Assembly: GCA_020721325.1 (NCBI GenBank)
Contig: DYNA01000007.1
Span: 1 to 51,869 of the forward strand
Reading direction: 5' to 3'
Length of the DNA stretch: 51,869 nucleotides
DNA from: Paludibacter propionicigenes
GTDB taxonomy: Bacteria > Bacteroidota > Bacteroidia > Bacteroidales > JAIFNL01
Under the pieces are notes generated by a model. The model was not told the DNA's origin, searched no databases, and was given only the letters and a program-made list of their open reading frames with translations. A program made the translations under genes and the position numbers. Numbering within the stretch: the stretch's first letter is position 1; each line of letters starts with the position of its first letter. Shown one piece after another: positions 20,070 to 30,530 of the stretch.

Positions 20070-21335
20070 ATGAAGTTTGAAGATTACAATATAAACGAAG
20101 GCTTAAAGAAAAATATAGCCAAATTGGGCTATATTAAACCAACGGATATTCAGTTTAAATCGATACCTGCTATTCAAAAAGGCGAAGATGTTTTGGCAAT
20201 AGCCCAAACAGGAACCGGAAAAACGGCTGCTTTTGCCATTCCTATCATCGACCTTTTGCATAAGCGAAAAATTGTAGGTAGAAATGATGGCATAAAATGT
20301 GTAGTTATGGAGCCAACGCGCGAATTGGCTATCCAAATTTACGAAACCTTTGACGTTCTTTCGCGTCATACGCGAGTGAAAAGTTTGTGCGTATTTGGAG
20401 GTGTGGAGCAAGACTCACAAATTGCTGCATTGCAAGAAGGTGTGGATATTTTAGTGGCTACTCCGGGTAGAATGTTCGATTTGGTAAGCCAAGGACACAT
20501 CAATTTTAAACGGCTCGAAATTGTCGTTTTAGACGAAGCCGACCACATGCTCGACTTGGGTTTTATAAAAGATATTCGAAATTTAATCCGATTTTTACCT
20601 AAAAACCGACAAACACTTTTCTTTTCCGCTACCATTGACAGCAAAATAAAAGAATTGGCTTACTCACTGGTTCACAAGCCAGTACACATTCAGATTTCGC
20701 CAAAAGACCCAGTGGCAAAAAATGTAAATCATGCCGTTACTTTTATAAAAATGGACGATAAAAGATTTTTTTTAGAACGAATTATCAATGAACACCCTGA
20801 TAGCAAAATATTGGTTTTTGTTAGAACCAAAATAAGAGCCGAAAGAGTTTTAAAAGCTATGGAAAGAATTGATATTAAAACAATTACTTTGCATGGCGAC
20901 AAAGAACAGCAAGAACGCCTAAATGCCCTGAATCTTTTTAAAAAAGGTGAAGTTAAAGTATTGATAGCTACCGATGTAAGCGCACGCGGAATTGATATTG
21001 ACCAAGTAGAATATGTCATTAATTACGATTTGCCCGAAAAACCCGAAAATTATGTGCATAGAGTAGGTCGCACGGGACGCGGAAATTCACGTGGGCAAGC
21101 CATTTCATTTTGCAGCGAAGAAGAAAAACCAATTTTAGATGAAATTCAAAAATATTTAGATAATGAAATTCAAGTACTTGAAATTAATTTGGAAGAATAT
21201 CACCAAACCATTGATTTTTCGGGCGAAACAAAAACCAATTGGAAATCGCTGATGAAAGAAATTAAGCAAATGGAAGAGCAGCATCAAAAAGCGGTTGCTA
21301 AAAAAGCAAAACGCAAAGCAAATAAAAAGAAATAA
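20070..21335 (+). CDS. DEAD-box RNA helicase (RhlE-like)
   Basis: Q motif, AQTGTGKT, PTRELA, TPGR, DEAD, SAT, ARGID, HRVGRTGR; ATG at 20070 preferred. Confidence 0.95.
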   Translation: MKFEDYNINEGLKKNIAKLGYIKPTDIQFKSIPAIQKGEDVLAIAQTGTGKTAAFAIPIIDLLHKRKIVGRNDGIKCVVMEPTRELAIQIYETFDVLSRHTRVKSLCVFGGVEQDSQIAALQEGVDILVATPGRMFDLVSQGHINFKRLEIVVLDEADHMLDLGFIKDIRNLIRFLPKNRQTLFFSATIDSKIKELAYSLVHKPVHIQISPKDPVAKNVNHAVTFIKMDDKRFFLERIINEHPDSKILVFVRTKIRAERVLKAMERIDIKTITLHGDKEQQERLNALNLFKKGEVKVLIATDVSARGIDIDQVEYVINYDLPEKPENYVHRVGRTGRGNSRGQAISFCSEEEKPILDEIQKYLDNEIQVLEINLEEYHQTIDFSGETKTNWKSLMKEIKQMEEQHQKAVAKKAKRKANKKK

Positions 21336-21486
21336 ATAAGGTTAATTTATTAATAAACAATATTTTAGCTAATAAATCAAAGGCATTTTGCAAAGAATTA
21401 ATACAATGATGTTCAATTCAAAGGCGAAAGACTTATTGATTTAAAGATTTGGTTCTTATGTTCATAAAATATTGTTTATCAATTGT

Positions 21487-22185
21487 TTAAATTATTTGTT
21501 TTTTTTCAAAAAACGATTTACTTTTTATTGCAATAAAATCTTTTAAATAAAAAGGTTCAAAGTAAGCAACATTTTCAAATTGCTGATTTACAAACTTTTC
21601 ATGCGACAAATTTGCCATAAAAGCAGAAGAAGGATAGAATAAATCTGAAAAAAAAGCATTTGAGTGCGTTAAAATTTCTTTGCATTTATCGGCACCGTCT
21701 CCAAAAAAAAGAATCTTGTTTTGGTTTAAAAATTCTAAATACGAATCTGGTGTGATTACATCAGCCGAAATTGGTTTAATCAGCTGATTTTGAGTATTAT
21801 AAAAGGCAGAATAAACTTCCATTCTGCGGGCATCTATCATGGGAGCAAAAAGAGAATATTGATTGTCAAATTTTGAAGCTGCTCCATAAGCCATTGATTG
21901 CAAAGTACTTATACCAATCAAAGGAATGTCTAATCCATAAGCAATTCCTTTTGCCGTTGAAACTCCAATTCGCAAGCCGGTGTACGAACCGGGTCCTTGA
22001 CTTACGGCAATAGCCTTTAAATCAGAGCGTTTACAGTTTGTCTGTTCAAAGAGTTCTTGAATAAAAACCGATAAAAGCGAGGCATGTAAATTTTTTTCTT
22101 CGCTTTGTTTCAAGGCAATGATTTCGCTGCCTTCAGAAAGGCAAACGGAGCAAATTTGTGTTGCCGTTTCTATATTTAAAATCAT
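21487..22185 (-). CDS. tsaB: tRNA threonylcarbamoyladenosine biosynthesis protein TsaB
   Basis: IETAT, GPGSYTGLRIG, DARRMEVY, EPFYLK. Confidence 0.95.
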   Translation of the reverse strand: MILNIETATQICSVCLSEGSEIIALKQSEEKNLHASLLSVFIQELFEQTNCKRSDLKAIAVSQGPGSYTGLRIGVSTAKGIAYGLDIPLIGISTLQSMAYGAASKFDNQYSLFAPMIDARRMEVYSAFYNTQNQLIKPISADVITPDSYLEFLNQNKILFFGDGADKCKEILTHSNAFFSDLFYPSSAFMANLSHEKFVNQQFENVAYFEPFYLKDFIAIKSKSFFEKKQII

Positions 22186-22298
22186 ATTTTTTTAGTTATT
22201 AAAAAAGCAAAAATAAAACTTCTTTGGTAAAATAAAAAATAGCAAAATCAATTTTGCTTTTTTTTAACTAAAAAAAACAATTCATTTTAGGGATAATT

Positions 22299-23141
22299 TT
22301 ATTTTAATATTATCTGATTATTTATTTTATGAATTTGAAGATTGTAGGTTTCGCAAATCACTTGTAAAATAGTTTCCAGATTTTTATTTGAAAAACTTGA
22401 ATGCAGTTTGCGTTGCCCTATTTCACTGTTTTCTATCACAATATTTACTCTGTATGCTTTACTTAAATCTTTAACAACTTGTTGCATTTCAACGTTTTTA
22501 AAATCAAATTCTTTGGTTTTCCACGACAAATAATTTTTATTAGAATTTATATTTTTTTCAAAATTTTGGGTATTTACGGTAACCATTTCGCCGGGTAACA
22601 ATGTCATTTTTTTATTTTCTGTTTTGGCTACTTCTACTTTTCCCGTTGCCACTAAAACTTCTAAATTTTTTTCGGCTACGTGTGTATTTACTGAAAAAGA
22701 AGTTCCTAACACTTTGATTTGAGCTTGTTTGGTTTTAATAATAAAAGCTTTGTTTTTCATTTTGCTGATTTCAAAAAAAGCTTCGCCTTCAAACTCAATA
22801 AGTCTGGTATTTATATTAAAAGTTTCATCGTATTTTATTTTAGCAGAAGCATTGAGCCAAACAATAGAACCATCGGGCAATTGGATTTTTTTTATGGATT
22901 TCTCCAAATTATTTTCTACCGTAACTACTTGATGTTTTAAACCTGTGGTTAAATAATAAAAAGCTAAAAATGAAATACTTAGAACAGCTAATAAAAGAGC
23001 TGCTACTTTATAAAATGGCTTTTGAAACGTAACTTTTGGCTTAGAAGTTTCTAATAAATTGTCCTCTTTTAATCGGGCATACAAATTCTCCCAAGCTTTA
23101 TTGGTATCGAAAGGCTCATTATTGGTTTGTTTGCGAGTCAT
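22299..23141 (-). CDS. FecR family anti-sigma factor
   Basis: TM helix; LPDGSIVWLN, GEAFFEI, VLGTSF, LSWK; follows an ECF sigma. Confidence 0.9.
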   Translation of the reverse strand: MTRKQTNNEPFDTNKAWENLYARLKEDNLLETSKPKVTFQKPFYKVAALLLAVLSISFLAFYYLTTGLKHQVVTVENNLEKSIKKIQLPDGSIVWLNASAKIKYDETFNINTRLIEFEGEAFFEISKMKNKAFIIKTKQAQIKVLGTSFSVNTHVAEKNLEVLVATGKVEVAKTENKKMTLLPGEMVTVNTQNFEKNINSNKNYLSWKTKEFDFKNVEMQQVVKDLSKAYRVNIVIENSEIGQRKLHSSFSNKNLETILQVICETYNLQIHKINNQIILK

Positions 23142-23166
23142 AATTTTTCACTTTTTTTAATAAAAT

Positions 23167-23688
23167 TCATTCTTTCAAGTTTAACTTAAAAGCCTGCAAA
23201 GCTTTGCTAATGTTGGCTTCTACTGTTTTTATCGAAATGGATAATTTTTCTGCTATTTCACGGTTTTTTAATCCATCGTATCGGCTCAAAATAAAAATTT
23301 TCCGGCAATTTTCCGGCAACAAATGAAGTGTTTGGTCTATTGCCTGAGTCATTTGTTTGAGTTTCATTTCCTCAAAAGGGTCTGTTGCAAATTCCATCGA
23401 CTGAATTTTTACAAACTTTGCGTATTTTTCTTCTACTTTGAAATGTTCAATTTCTTGCAAACAACTGTTTTGCACTACTTTATACAAATATGCTTTCAAA
23501 GAATCGGTAATACTAATTTTTTGTCTATCGCGCCAAAGTTTATAAAAAGTATCTTGTACTTTTTCTTCTGCACTTTCAGCAGAATGAAGGTATTTTTGAG
23601 CAAAAATACAAAGTGGTGCGTACAAATCTCTAAATACACGCTCAAATTCTTTTATATCACCTCGTTGTATCTTTTTAAAATGCTCCAT
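23167..23688 (-). CDS. ECF RNA polymerase sigma-70 factor (Bacteroidota family)
   Basis: VQDTFYKLW region 2; IFILSRYDGLKNREIAEKLSISIKTVE region 4. Confidence 0.92.
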   Translation of the reverse strand: MEHFKKIQRGDIKEFERVFRDLYAPLCIFAQKYLHSAESAEEKVQDTFYKLWRDRQKISITDSLKAYLYKVVQNSCLQEIEHFKVEEKYAKFVKIQSMEFATDPFEEMKLKQMTQAIDQTLHLLPENCRKIFILSRYDGLKNREIAEKLSISIKTVEANISKALQAFKLNLKE

Positions 23689-24084
23689 GAATGCAAAATT
23701 ATATTTTTTGTATTAATAAAAAAATGTTCTCCGTATATAAATTAATTTTCGGAGAACGTTTTTTAATTTTTAAATATCTTTTTTTATGAATAAAAATAGG
23801 CCTGATATATTTTTACTAATTTAATAAATTTATTTTTACTGTTTATTATTTTTTATAAATTTAATATTTTACCTATTTATTTTTTTATTAAAAAAAGCTA
23901 TTTATTCTGAATTACAAAAATAAATTCGTTAAATTTATACTCCAAAACTTGTATAACACTGATTGTAAAATACTTAATAAATTCACCGAATAATTAAATA
24001 TTTGTATTTTAAGTAGTAATATAATATTTAACGAATTATTGAAATAATTGAAAAATATTAGTAGTTTAACAGATTTATAATCAA

Positions 24085-25350
24085 TTATTTATTTCTTTTT
24101 AATTGTTTTTCATATTTTTTGAGCGCCGTTTCTATTGAAGCGTCCGGTTCAATAAAATTATGTTCTCCCCAAAAATTATCATCGGTAAAAGCAGTCAATT
24201 CTTCTTCAAAAATAGCCGATTTTAGCAAAGACTCTTTGGATTTGAATTTTTCTATTTTTTCTGAGTTCCAATCAGTTACAGCTATTTCAGACATAATTGA
24301 ATAAGTTGAACTAAATAATCTCTTTTTCCAATTGCATTTGAATTTTACTTCACCACGCGAATAACTAAAGTAATATTTGCCGTCAGTTTGTTTGTAAGTA
24401 GCTAAATAACTGGTAGTTAAAGGTGTTAATTTTAAACCTACCGGTTTGCGTTTTACAAACATTTCGCTTACTTGGTCTTTGTCGGTCAAATCTAAACTAA
24501 ATTCTACCGAAGTAATTGCTAAATTGGTAGTATTAATGTAGTATTTTCCATAATACATCGGATAATCGGTCAATAAAACTTTGGGCTTAAATTCTACTAC
24601 ATAATTTAAAGTTTCATCTATCGTTTTAACATCAATAATGGTATATTCATAATAAGGGCGCAAATTGTCATCAAGCAAAATATAAGGATTTTTTGCAACA
24701 TCAAACAATAGAGCCGTATAAGGTCCACCTTGCAATTTAACAGCAAGAGTATCAGCTTTTTTCACGTTCGAGCTTTTTCTGCCTTTAAAAACTTTAATTT
24801 TGTCTTCTAAGTCTTGATTGTATGAAGCTTTATGAATATCGACCAACGCTTCCGAAATGGCTAAGTAATCACGACCTTGTTTTACAGTTTCTCTATAAAA
24901 ACCGGCAGACATTACGTCATTAATACTATAATTTTCCGGTATTTTTTTTACTACTTTTTCCATCAAAGCCGAAGCTTCTTCGGGACGAACCGTTATTTCA
25001 CTCAAATTTACACTGGTAGGCGTTAGCCAAATAATGTTTTCCTCATTATTTAAAGTACTCAGTGCCAATTTTTTAGAAGTATAACCGATATGCGAAATTT
25101 CTAACTCATTTGCTTTAGAATCGTTTGCCACTTTAATTGTAAATTCGCCTTCTGAATTGGTTACTGTGCCAATATGCGTGCCAACTAAAGTAACACTTCC
25201 AAATACAACATCGGTTTTTGTCTTATTATCTTTTACTTTGGCTTTGTAAACCTTGTAATTATCAGCATCTTGAGCTATGCTTAAATTAACAACAAAGATT
25301 AACACCATTAAACTTGTTGCTTTTGCTAAATGAAAAAATATTGCTTTCAT
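24085..25350 (-). CDS. Carboxypeptidase-like regulatory domain protein (exported)
   Basis: Signal peptide; GTVTNSEGEF, SHIGY, LSEITV; GFYRE and FWGEHNFI tail. Confidence 0.8.
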   Translation of the reverse strand: MKAIFFHLAKATSLMVLIFVVNLSIAQDADNYKVYKAKVKDNKTKTDVVFGSVTLVGTHIGTVTNSEGEFTIKVANDSKANELEISHIGYTSKKLALSTLNNEENIIWLTPTSVNLSEITVRPEEASALMEKVVKKIPENYSINDVMSAGFYRETVKQGRDYLAISEALVDIHKASYNQDLEDKIKVFKGRKSSNVKKADTLAVKLQGGPYTALLFDVAKNPYILLDDNLRPYYEYTIIDVKTIDETLNYVVEFKPKVLLTDYPMYYGKYYINTTNLAITSVEFSLDLTDKDQVSEMFVKRKPVGLKLTPLTTSYLATYKQTDGKYYFSYSRGEVKFKCNWKKRLFSSTYSIMSEIAVTDWNSEKIEKFKSKESLLKSAIFEEELTAFTDDNFWGEHNFIEPDASIETALKKYEKQLKRNK

Positions 25351-25549
25351 AATTTCTTTTTTTTAATAATTTTTAAATTAATTTTCTAAAAATTTTCAAA
25401 TAAGCTTATTTTGTTTTTAACTTTTATCGATTTTATAGTAAGATAGGTTTAAAGTCGTTTACCCTATCCTAAAAATTGATTTTTTTTATTTTTATAGAAA
25501 AAAAAATAAAAATAAGTTTTAATGAATTAATTATAAAGTTATTAGAAAA

Positions 25550-26557
25550 TTAAAAAGGTGAATGAATAATTTCATTGATAGCTTCAGCCCAAAAAGTGTT
25601 ATCATTTAAACTTTTTACTAAAGTTAAATTTTTTCCTCCATTTTCAATAAAAATATTACGGTATTCGTATTCTATTTCTACTAAGGTTTCCAAACAGTCG
25701 GTAACAAAAGAAGGTGAAATAATTAGCAAATTTTTAATGCCCGATTGGGCTTTTTCAATTATTATTTTATCTGTAAAAGGATAAAGCCAATTTTTATCTA
25801 AACGTGATTGAAAACCAACCGAATACATGTCGGAAGAGAGATTTAAAATTTGAGCCAAAAGGCGTGTTGTTTCATAGCAAGTGGCTTTGTAACAATATTT
25901 TCCGTGTTCAGGCATTGAAACAGAACAAGTGCAATTTTTCTCAAAATGTTTTGGGTGAATCTTATTTATTTGTCTGATAGGCAATCCATGATAAGAAAAT
26001 ATAACATGTTCAAAATCTGATATTTCGTATTTTTGTATTTGCCTTACAAAAGCATTTAAAAAAGCTCGATGATTGTAGAATTGATTGATTATCTTCAAAT
26101 TTGTGAATTTTTGATTGTTCGATAATTCTTTTAAAATCAATTCATTAATAGAACCGGTAGTTGAAGATGCATATTGAGGAAAAAGTGGTAAAAATATCAA
26201 TTCTTTAAAATCTTGAATTTTCAATTTTTCGAGTACGGAGATTAGCGAAGGCTCACCATAACGCATAGCATAAAATATGGTTTCATTTTCTGGAACTATT
26301 TTTTGTAATTTTACTGATAAACTTTTTAAGTAATACAAAATAGGAGACCCTTTTTCTGTCCAAAGTTTTTGATAAAGTTTTGTGGATTTTGAAACTCTAA
26401 AGGGTATAATAATCAGATTTACAAGCAGTAAACGAAAAAAAAACGGTATATCAATGACTCTTTTATCGTTTAAAAATTGACGCAAAAATATTTTAACAGA
26501 CTTTTTATCGGCTTTTTTAGGAGTTCCAACGTTTACTAAAACAATTGCCTTTTTCAT
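25550..26557 (-). CDS. hemH: Ferrochelatase
   Basis: NVGTP, FLNDKRVID, LFPQYASSTTGS, FSYHGLP, FQSR, FVTDCLETL. Confidence 0.95.
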   Translation of the reverse strand: MKKAIVLVNVGTPKKADKKSVKIFLRQFLNDKRVIDIPFFFRLLLVNLIIIPFRVSKSTKLYQKLWTEKGSPILYYLKSLSVKLQKIVPENETIFYAMRYGEPSLISVLEKLKIQDFKELIFLPLFPQYASSTTGSINELILKELSNNQKFTNLKIINQFYNHRAFLNAFVRQIQKYEISDFEHVIFSYHGLPIRQINKIHPKHFEKNCTCSVSMPEHGKYCYKATCYETTRLLAQILNLSSDMYSVGFQSRLDKNWLYPFTDKIIIEKAQSGIKNLLIISPSFVTDCLETLVEIEYEYRNIFIENGGKNLTLVKSLNDNTFWAEAINEIIHSPF

Positions 26558-26562
26558 ATTTT

Positions 26563-27948
26563 TTAATCTTTTTTTATATTTTTAGTCAAACTATCTGCTA
26601 ATTGTTTGGCTTGTTTTACACGGTCAGCCATGCCAATTCCATCGCGCAAATTGCCTGCAATCCATAGACCTTTGTATTCATTTTGAATTTCATCTATTGC
26701 CGTAAATCGTTCTGCCGAAGAAATTTCATATTGTGGGATTGCATTAAAATATCTAAATATTTTTATAAAATCCGGTATATTTTCTGATTTTAGCGTTTCT
26801 TCTATTTCGCTAATAATCAAAACTTTTATCTCTTCATCAGATTTTAAGATTAAATCGGGATTATTTATTCCTCCCATAAAAACGGACAATAAAGCTCCAG
26901 TTTCGGGCGCGCGATTGGGAAAAATAGCCGAAGGAAACAAAATGCCCAACACATTTCTATTTTCGTGGCTGGGAATTAAACCTCCAAAAGCATTCAATTT
27001 CAAGCCTTTCCAATGAGTATAACCCAAAACAACTTGTATAACTCTGGCATAACGAGCATTTGTAATGTTTTTTAATTTTTGTTCGGATACAAAAGGAATA
27101 ATACTTGGCAAATTTGAGCCTGAAACGGTAATAATTACATTTTTCACTTCAAAAACAATTGATTTTCCTTCCAAATCTGTATAATTTAGAATAAAATAGG
27201 CTTCTTTTTTCTCAATTGCAATGTTTTTACAGTTCATTTTTATGTTTTCGTAACCTATTTCGTGGCTTAAAGCTAAAATTAATTGACTTAAACCGCCTTT
27301 AATAGAAAAAACTTCTCTCGAAACTCTTTTTTCTAAGTCCGATTTGGGTTCTTTTGCTTTTTTAATAGCACCTTTAATAAAACTTCCGTAGTTTTGCTCT
27401 AAATTATAAAGTTTTGGCATAGCAAATCGAGTAATCAACATTTCAGGATTTCCTGCATATATGCCTGAAATAAAAGGATTTACAGCATAATCTAAATAAC
27501 TTTTGCCCATTCTGCGTCTAACCATTTGTGCAATCGATTCGTCTTTATTTTTGCCTACTTTGCGGAAAGGTTCACCTAAGATACGAATTTTATCATACCA
27601 AGAAAATAAGGGTGTTGCGAGGGCAGAAATAAGTCCGGTAGGCAAATTATTCCATTTTCCTTTTTTCCAAATCCACCTATTTTTTGCTCCTGATTTTGGA
27701 ATTTCAATCTCTATAAGTGGCTTTAAATCATCGAATAAACTCACTAATTCGGGTGAGCCTATCACACCGGTATTGGGTCCGGCTTCATAAACAAAACCAT
27801 TTTCAATTATAGTTTCGATAACTCCACCCACTCGATTTTTTTTTTCAAAAATATGAACGTTTTTATTCGCTTTATTCAAATAATATCCAATTGTAAGTCC
27901 GGTAAGTCCGCCTCCAATTACGGCATATTCTATTTTGTTGGTTTTCAT
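26563..27948 (-). CDS. hemY: HemY-type (proto/copro)porphyrinogen oxidase
   Basis: GGGLTGL FAD loop, RVGGVI, EAGPNT, SGIYAG, AIPQY; start MKTNK at 27948. Confidence 0.9.
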   Translation of the reverse strand: MKTNKIEYAVIGGGLTGLTIGYYLNKANKNVHIFEKKNRVGGVIETIIENGFVYEAGPNTGVIGSPELVSLFDDLKPLIEIEIPKSGAKNRWIWKKGKWNNLPTGLISALATPLFSWYDKIRILGEPFRKVGKNKDESIAQMVRRRMGKSYLDYAVNPFISGIYAGNPEMLITRFAMPKLYNLEQNYGSFIKGAIKKAKEPKSDLEKRVSREVFSIKGGLSQLILALSHEIGYENIKMNCKNIAIEKKEAYFILNYTDLEGKSIVFEVKNVIITVSGSNLPSIIPFVSEQKLKNITNARYARVIQVVLGYTHWKGLKLNAFGGLIPSHENRNVLGILFPSAIFPNRAPETGALLSVFMGGINNPDLILKSDEEIKVLIISEIEETLKSENIPDFIKIFRYFNAIPQYEISSAERFTAIDEIQNEYKGLWIAGNLRDGIGMADRVKQAKQLADSLTKNIKKD

Positions 27949-27952
27949 AATT

Positions 27953-29329
27953 TTAAACAGTTTTTGAGTATAATTGGGTTTGATTTTTATATTCGGGGTC
28001 AAAAAGTACGGCTATGTTTCTTATAAAAAGTTTTCCGGTATCTGTAATTCGGATTGTATCATTTTCATATTCTACCAAATTATCATTAATTAATTCGGTT
28101 AATTTATCTTCACTAAAACCAGTGATTTTTTTGTGCGTTTGCATTGAAATTTTATATTTATCAGCAAATTTATGTAAATTAAATTCGTTGTTACACATAA
28201 TTTCCGTTATGGTATTTTTTATTATAACTTGTTCTTTATTAATAATATATCCTTTTTCTACAGGCAAAACATTTTTGTTAATACAATGAATATATTCAGA
28301 AATGTCTTTAAAATTTTGGGAGTAACCATTTTCCAATTGACTAATTGCAGAAACACCAAAAGCGTAAACTTGTCCGGTAGTTCTTCGCGTGCAATATCCT
28401 TGGAAATTTCTATGTAAAAGGTTACTTTCTAAAGCTAAATGAAGTTCATCGTTTGGCAAAACGTAATGGTCTAAGCCAATGGCTTTATAACCGGCTTTTA
28501 GCAGTAAATCTCTGGAAATTAAGAACATTTGCATTTTTTCCATTGCAGTAGGTAATCCTTTTTTAACCAAAATCAATTGGTGTTTTTTTACCCATGGCAC
28601 ATGAGCATAAGAAAATGTAACTAATCTATCGGGCTTTAAATCAATGGCTTGCGTTATTGTTTGTGCAAAACTTTGTTCGTTTTGCAAAGGTAAACCATAA
28701 ATAAAATCCAGATTTATAGCTACGCCTTCAAATTGTCTAAAATAATCTATCAATTCCTTAATGGGAATGGCTGACGGACTGCGATTAACATTTTTAAGTA
28801 CTTCATTATCAAAGTCTTGAATGCCGAGACTAAACCGATTAAAACCAGTTTTTATCAGTCGCTCGATGTAGGGGAATGTAAGATGCGCCGGATTGCATTC
28901 GATAGCAATTTCCGGATTTTCGATGAGCGAAAATTGACTTTTTAACAAATCTACAATCTCCTCAATATAAGATACTTGAATGACATTCGGTGTGCCGCCG
29001 CCAAAATGAATTTGTGAAATTTTTCTTTTTCTATCAATCAAAGAAATTACTTTAACTATTTCATTTTTAAGTGCTTCGATATAATCTTTTACAATCTGCT
29101 CGCTTTTTAAAATACACGCATTGCAACCACAGTAATAGCAAATTTTTTTGCAAAAAGGAATATGGATATAAAAAGCAATCGAATTGTCTAACGCGCTATT
29201 AGAGAGCTTAATTAAATCCAAGTAATCGGTTTCGTTGAATTGATTTGTAAAATGATTTGCAGTCGGATAACTCGTATATCTGGGTATAGGAAGATTGTAT
29301 TTTTCTATTAATTTATTATCTATTTTCAT
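27953..29329 (-). CDS. hemN: Oxygen-independent coproporphyrinogen III oxidase
   Basis: PRYTSYPTA, YIHIPFCKKICYYCGC (radical SAM), GGGTP, RNFQGY. Confidence 0.93.
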   Translation of the reverse strand: MKIDNKLIEKYNLPIPRYTSYPTANHFTNQFNETDYLDLIKLSNSALDNSIAFYIHIPFCKKICYYCGCNACILKSEQIVKDYIEALKNEIVKVISLIDRKRKISQIHFGGGTPNVIQVSYIEEIVDLLKSQFSLIENPEIAIECNPAHLTFPYIERLIKTGFNRFSLGIQDFDNEVLKNVNRSPSAIPIKELIDYFRQFEGVAINLDFIYGLPLQNEQSFAQTITQAIDLKPDRLVTFSYAHVPWVKKHQLILVKKGLPTAMEKMQMFLISRDLLLKAGYKAIGLDHYVLPNDELHLALESNLLHRNFQGYCTRRTTGQVYAFGVSAISQLENGYSQNFKDISEYIHCINKNVLPVEKGYIINKEQVIIKNTITEIMCNNEFNLHKFADKYKISMQTHKKITGFSEDKLTELINDNLVEYENDTIRITDTGKLFIRNIAVLFDPEYKNQTQLYSKTV

Positions 29330-30527
29330 TTTTTTTAAATTTTAGAGGAAAGTTATAATAAAGTATAACAATAGCCAGCAGACTCATTAATATTTGAAAG
29401 GAAAAAAGCCCGTTGTAACCAAATTTATCGCCCATTTTACCACTAAAAACGGCTATTATTAAACTACTTAAATGAGTAACAACTATTTGCAATGTAAAAT
29501 CCGTTCCTTCGCGTTGTGGACGAACTTTATCCATAGATGAAGTGTAAACAATAACTGAAGAAAACCCATAAGCTGCCCAAAGTAAGCAAATTGCCATGCT
29601 TATTTGCCAAAAATTGGGAACGAATGAGCTTAAATAGTAAAAATATACACCCACTGATAAATTTGCAAATGAAAAAATGTAAAAAGAAGTAATTCTACCA
29701 AGTTTTTTTATTAGAAATCCACCAAAAAATGCACTAAAAGCGGCGGTAGATGTGCCAATAATTCCAGACATAAAACCAATTTCTTTCACATTATACCCTA
29801 AATCGACCAAATAAGGTTTCAACATTGCCAAAATACCAATTATACCGGAATAATAAAAAACAAGCAATAATAAATGTTTTCTACATACTTTATCGTTGAA
29901 AAAAAGTAAGAGTTCTTTAAGCTTAACTGTTTGTTTTTCTGTAGATTGTGTTTTTTCAACGGGCTTGTAAAACCAAAGCGGAATGACAGCGAAAAGCACA
30001 AATGCAGCCAAAATAAAAAGCAAATTTTGCCAACCGTAATAGTGATAAATCAGCAACAACACACCGGTTCCGAGCAAACTTCCCATAAAACTACCTCCCG
30101 ATTGCATGCTATTTCCCAAACCCCGCTCGCTTTCTTTCAAAATGCGGATTGCAAAAATATCGGTGGCAATGTCTTGGGTAGCCGAAGCTATGAAAGCAAT
30201 GATAATGAGAACGATAATACTTATAAAATCGGTTTGTAAACTAAAAAAACCTATTCCGATAATGATAAAAGCATAAAATAGTTCAGAGAAAAAAATCCAG
30301 TGTTTTAATTGCTTAAAATTACTTGAATAATTATCTACTACCGGAGCCCATAAAAATTTAATTATCCATGGTAGTTTAACCAATTGCAGCAATCCGATGG
30401 ATTCCAAAGAATAATTCTCTTGTCGCATAATAACAGGTACAACGGTAGAAAAAAAACTCATTGGCACAGACTGTGCAATGTATAAACTAAACAGAACCGG
30501 AAATTTTGTCCAATTATTTTTTCCCAT
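29316..30527 (-). CDS. MFS transporter, AmpG/RhtX/FptX-like
   Basis: LYIAQSVP, LPWIIKFLWAPVVD, SATQDIATD, EGTDFT; about 12 TM segments. Confidence 0.85.
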   Translation of the reverse strand: MGKNNWTKFPVLFSLYIAQSVPMSFFSTVVPVIMRQENYSLESIGLLQLVKLPWIIKFLWAPVVDNYSSNFKQLKHWIFFSELFYAFIIIGIGFFSLQTDFISIIVLIIIAFIASATQDIATDIFAIRILKESERGLGNSMQSGGSFMGSLLGTGVLLLIYHYYGWQNLLFILAAFVLFAVIPLWFYKPVEKTQSTEKQTVKLKELLLFFNDKVCRKHLLLLVFYYSGIIGILAMLKPYLVDLGYNVKEIGFMSGIIGTSTAAFSAFFGGFLIKKLGRITSFYIFSFANLSVGVYFYYLSSFVPNFWQISMAICLLWAAYGFSSVIVYTSSMDKVRPQREGTDFTLQIVVTHLSSLIIAVFSGKMGDKFGYNGLFSFQILMSLLAIVILYYNFPLKFKKNENR

Positions 30528-30530
30528 TTC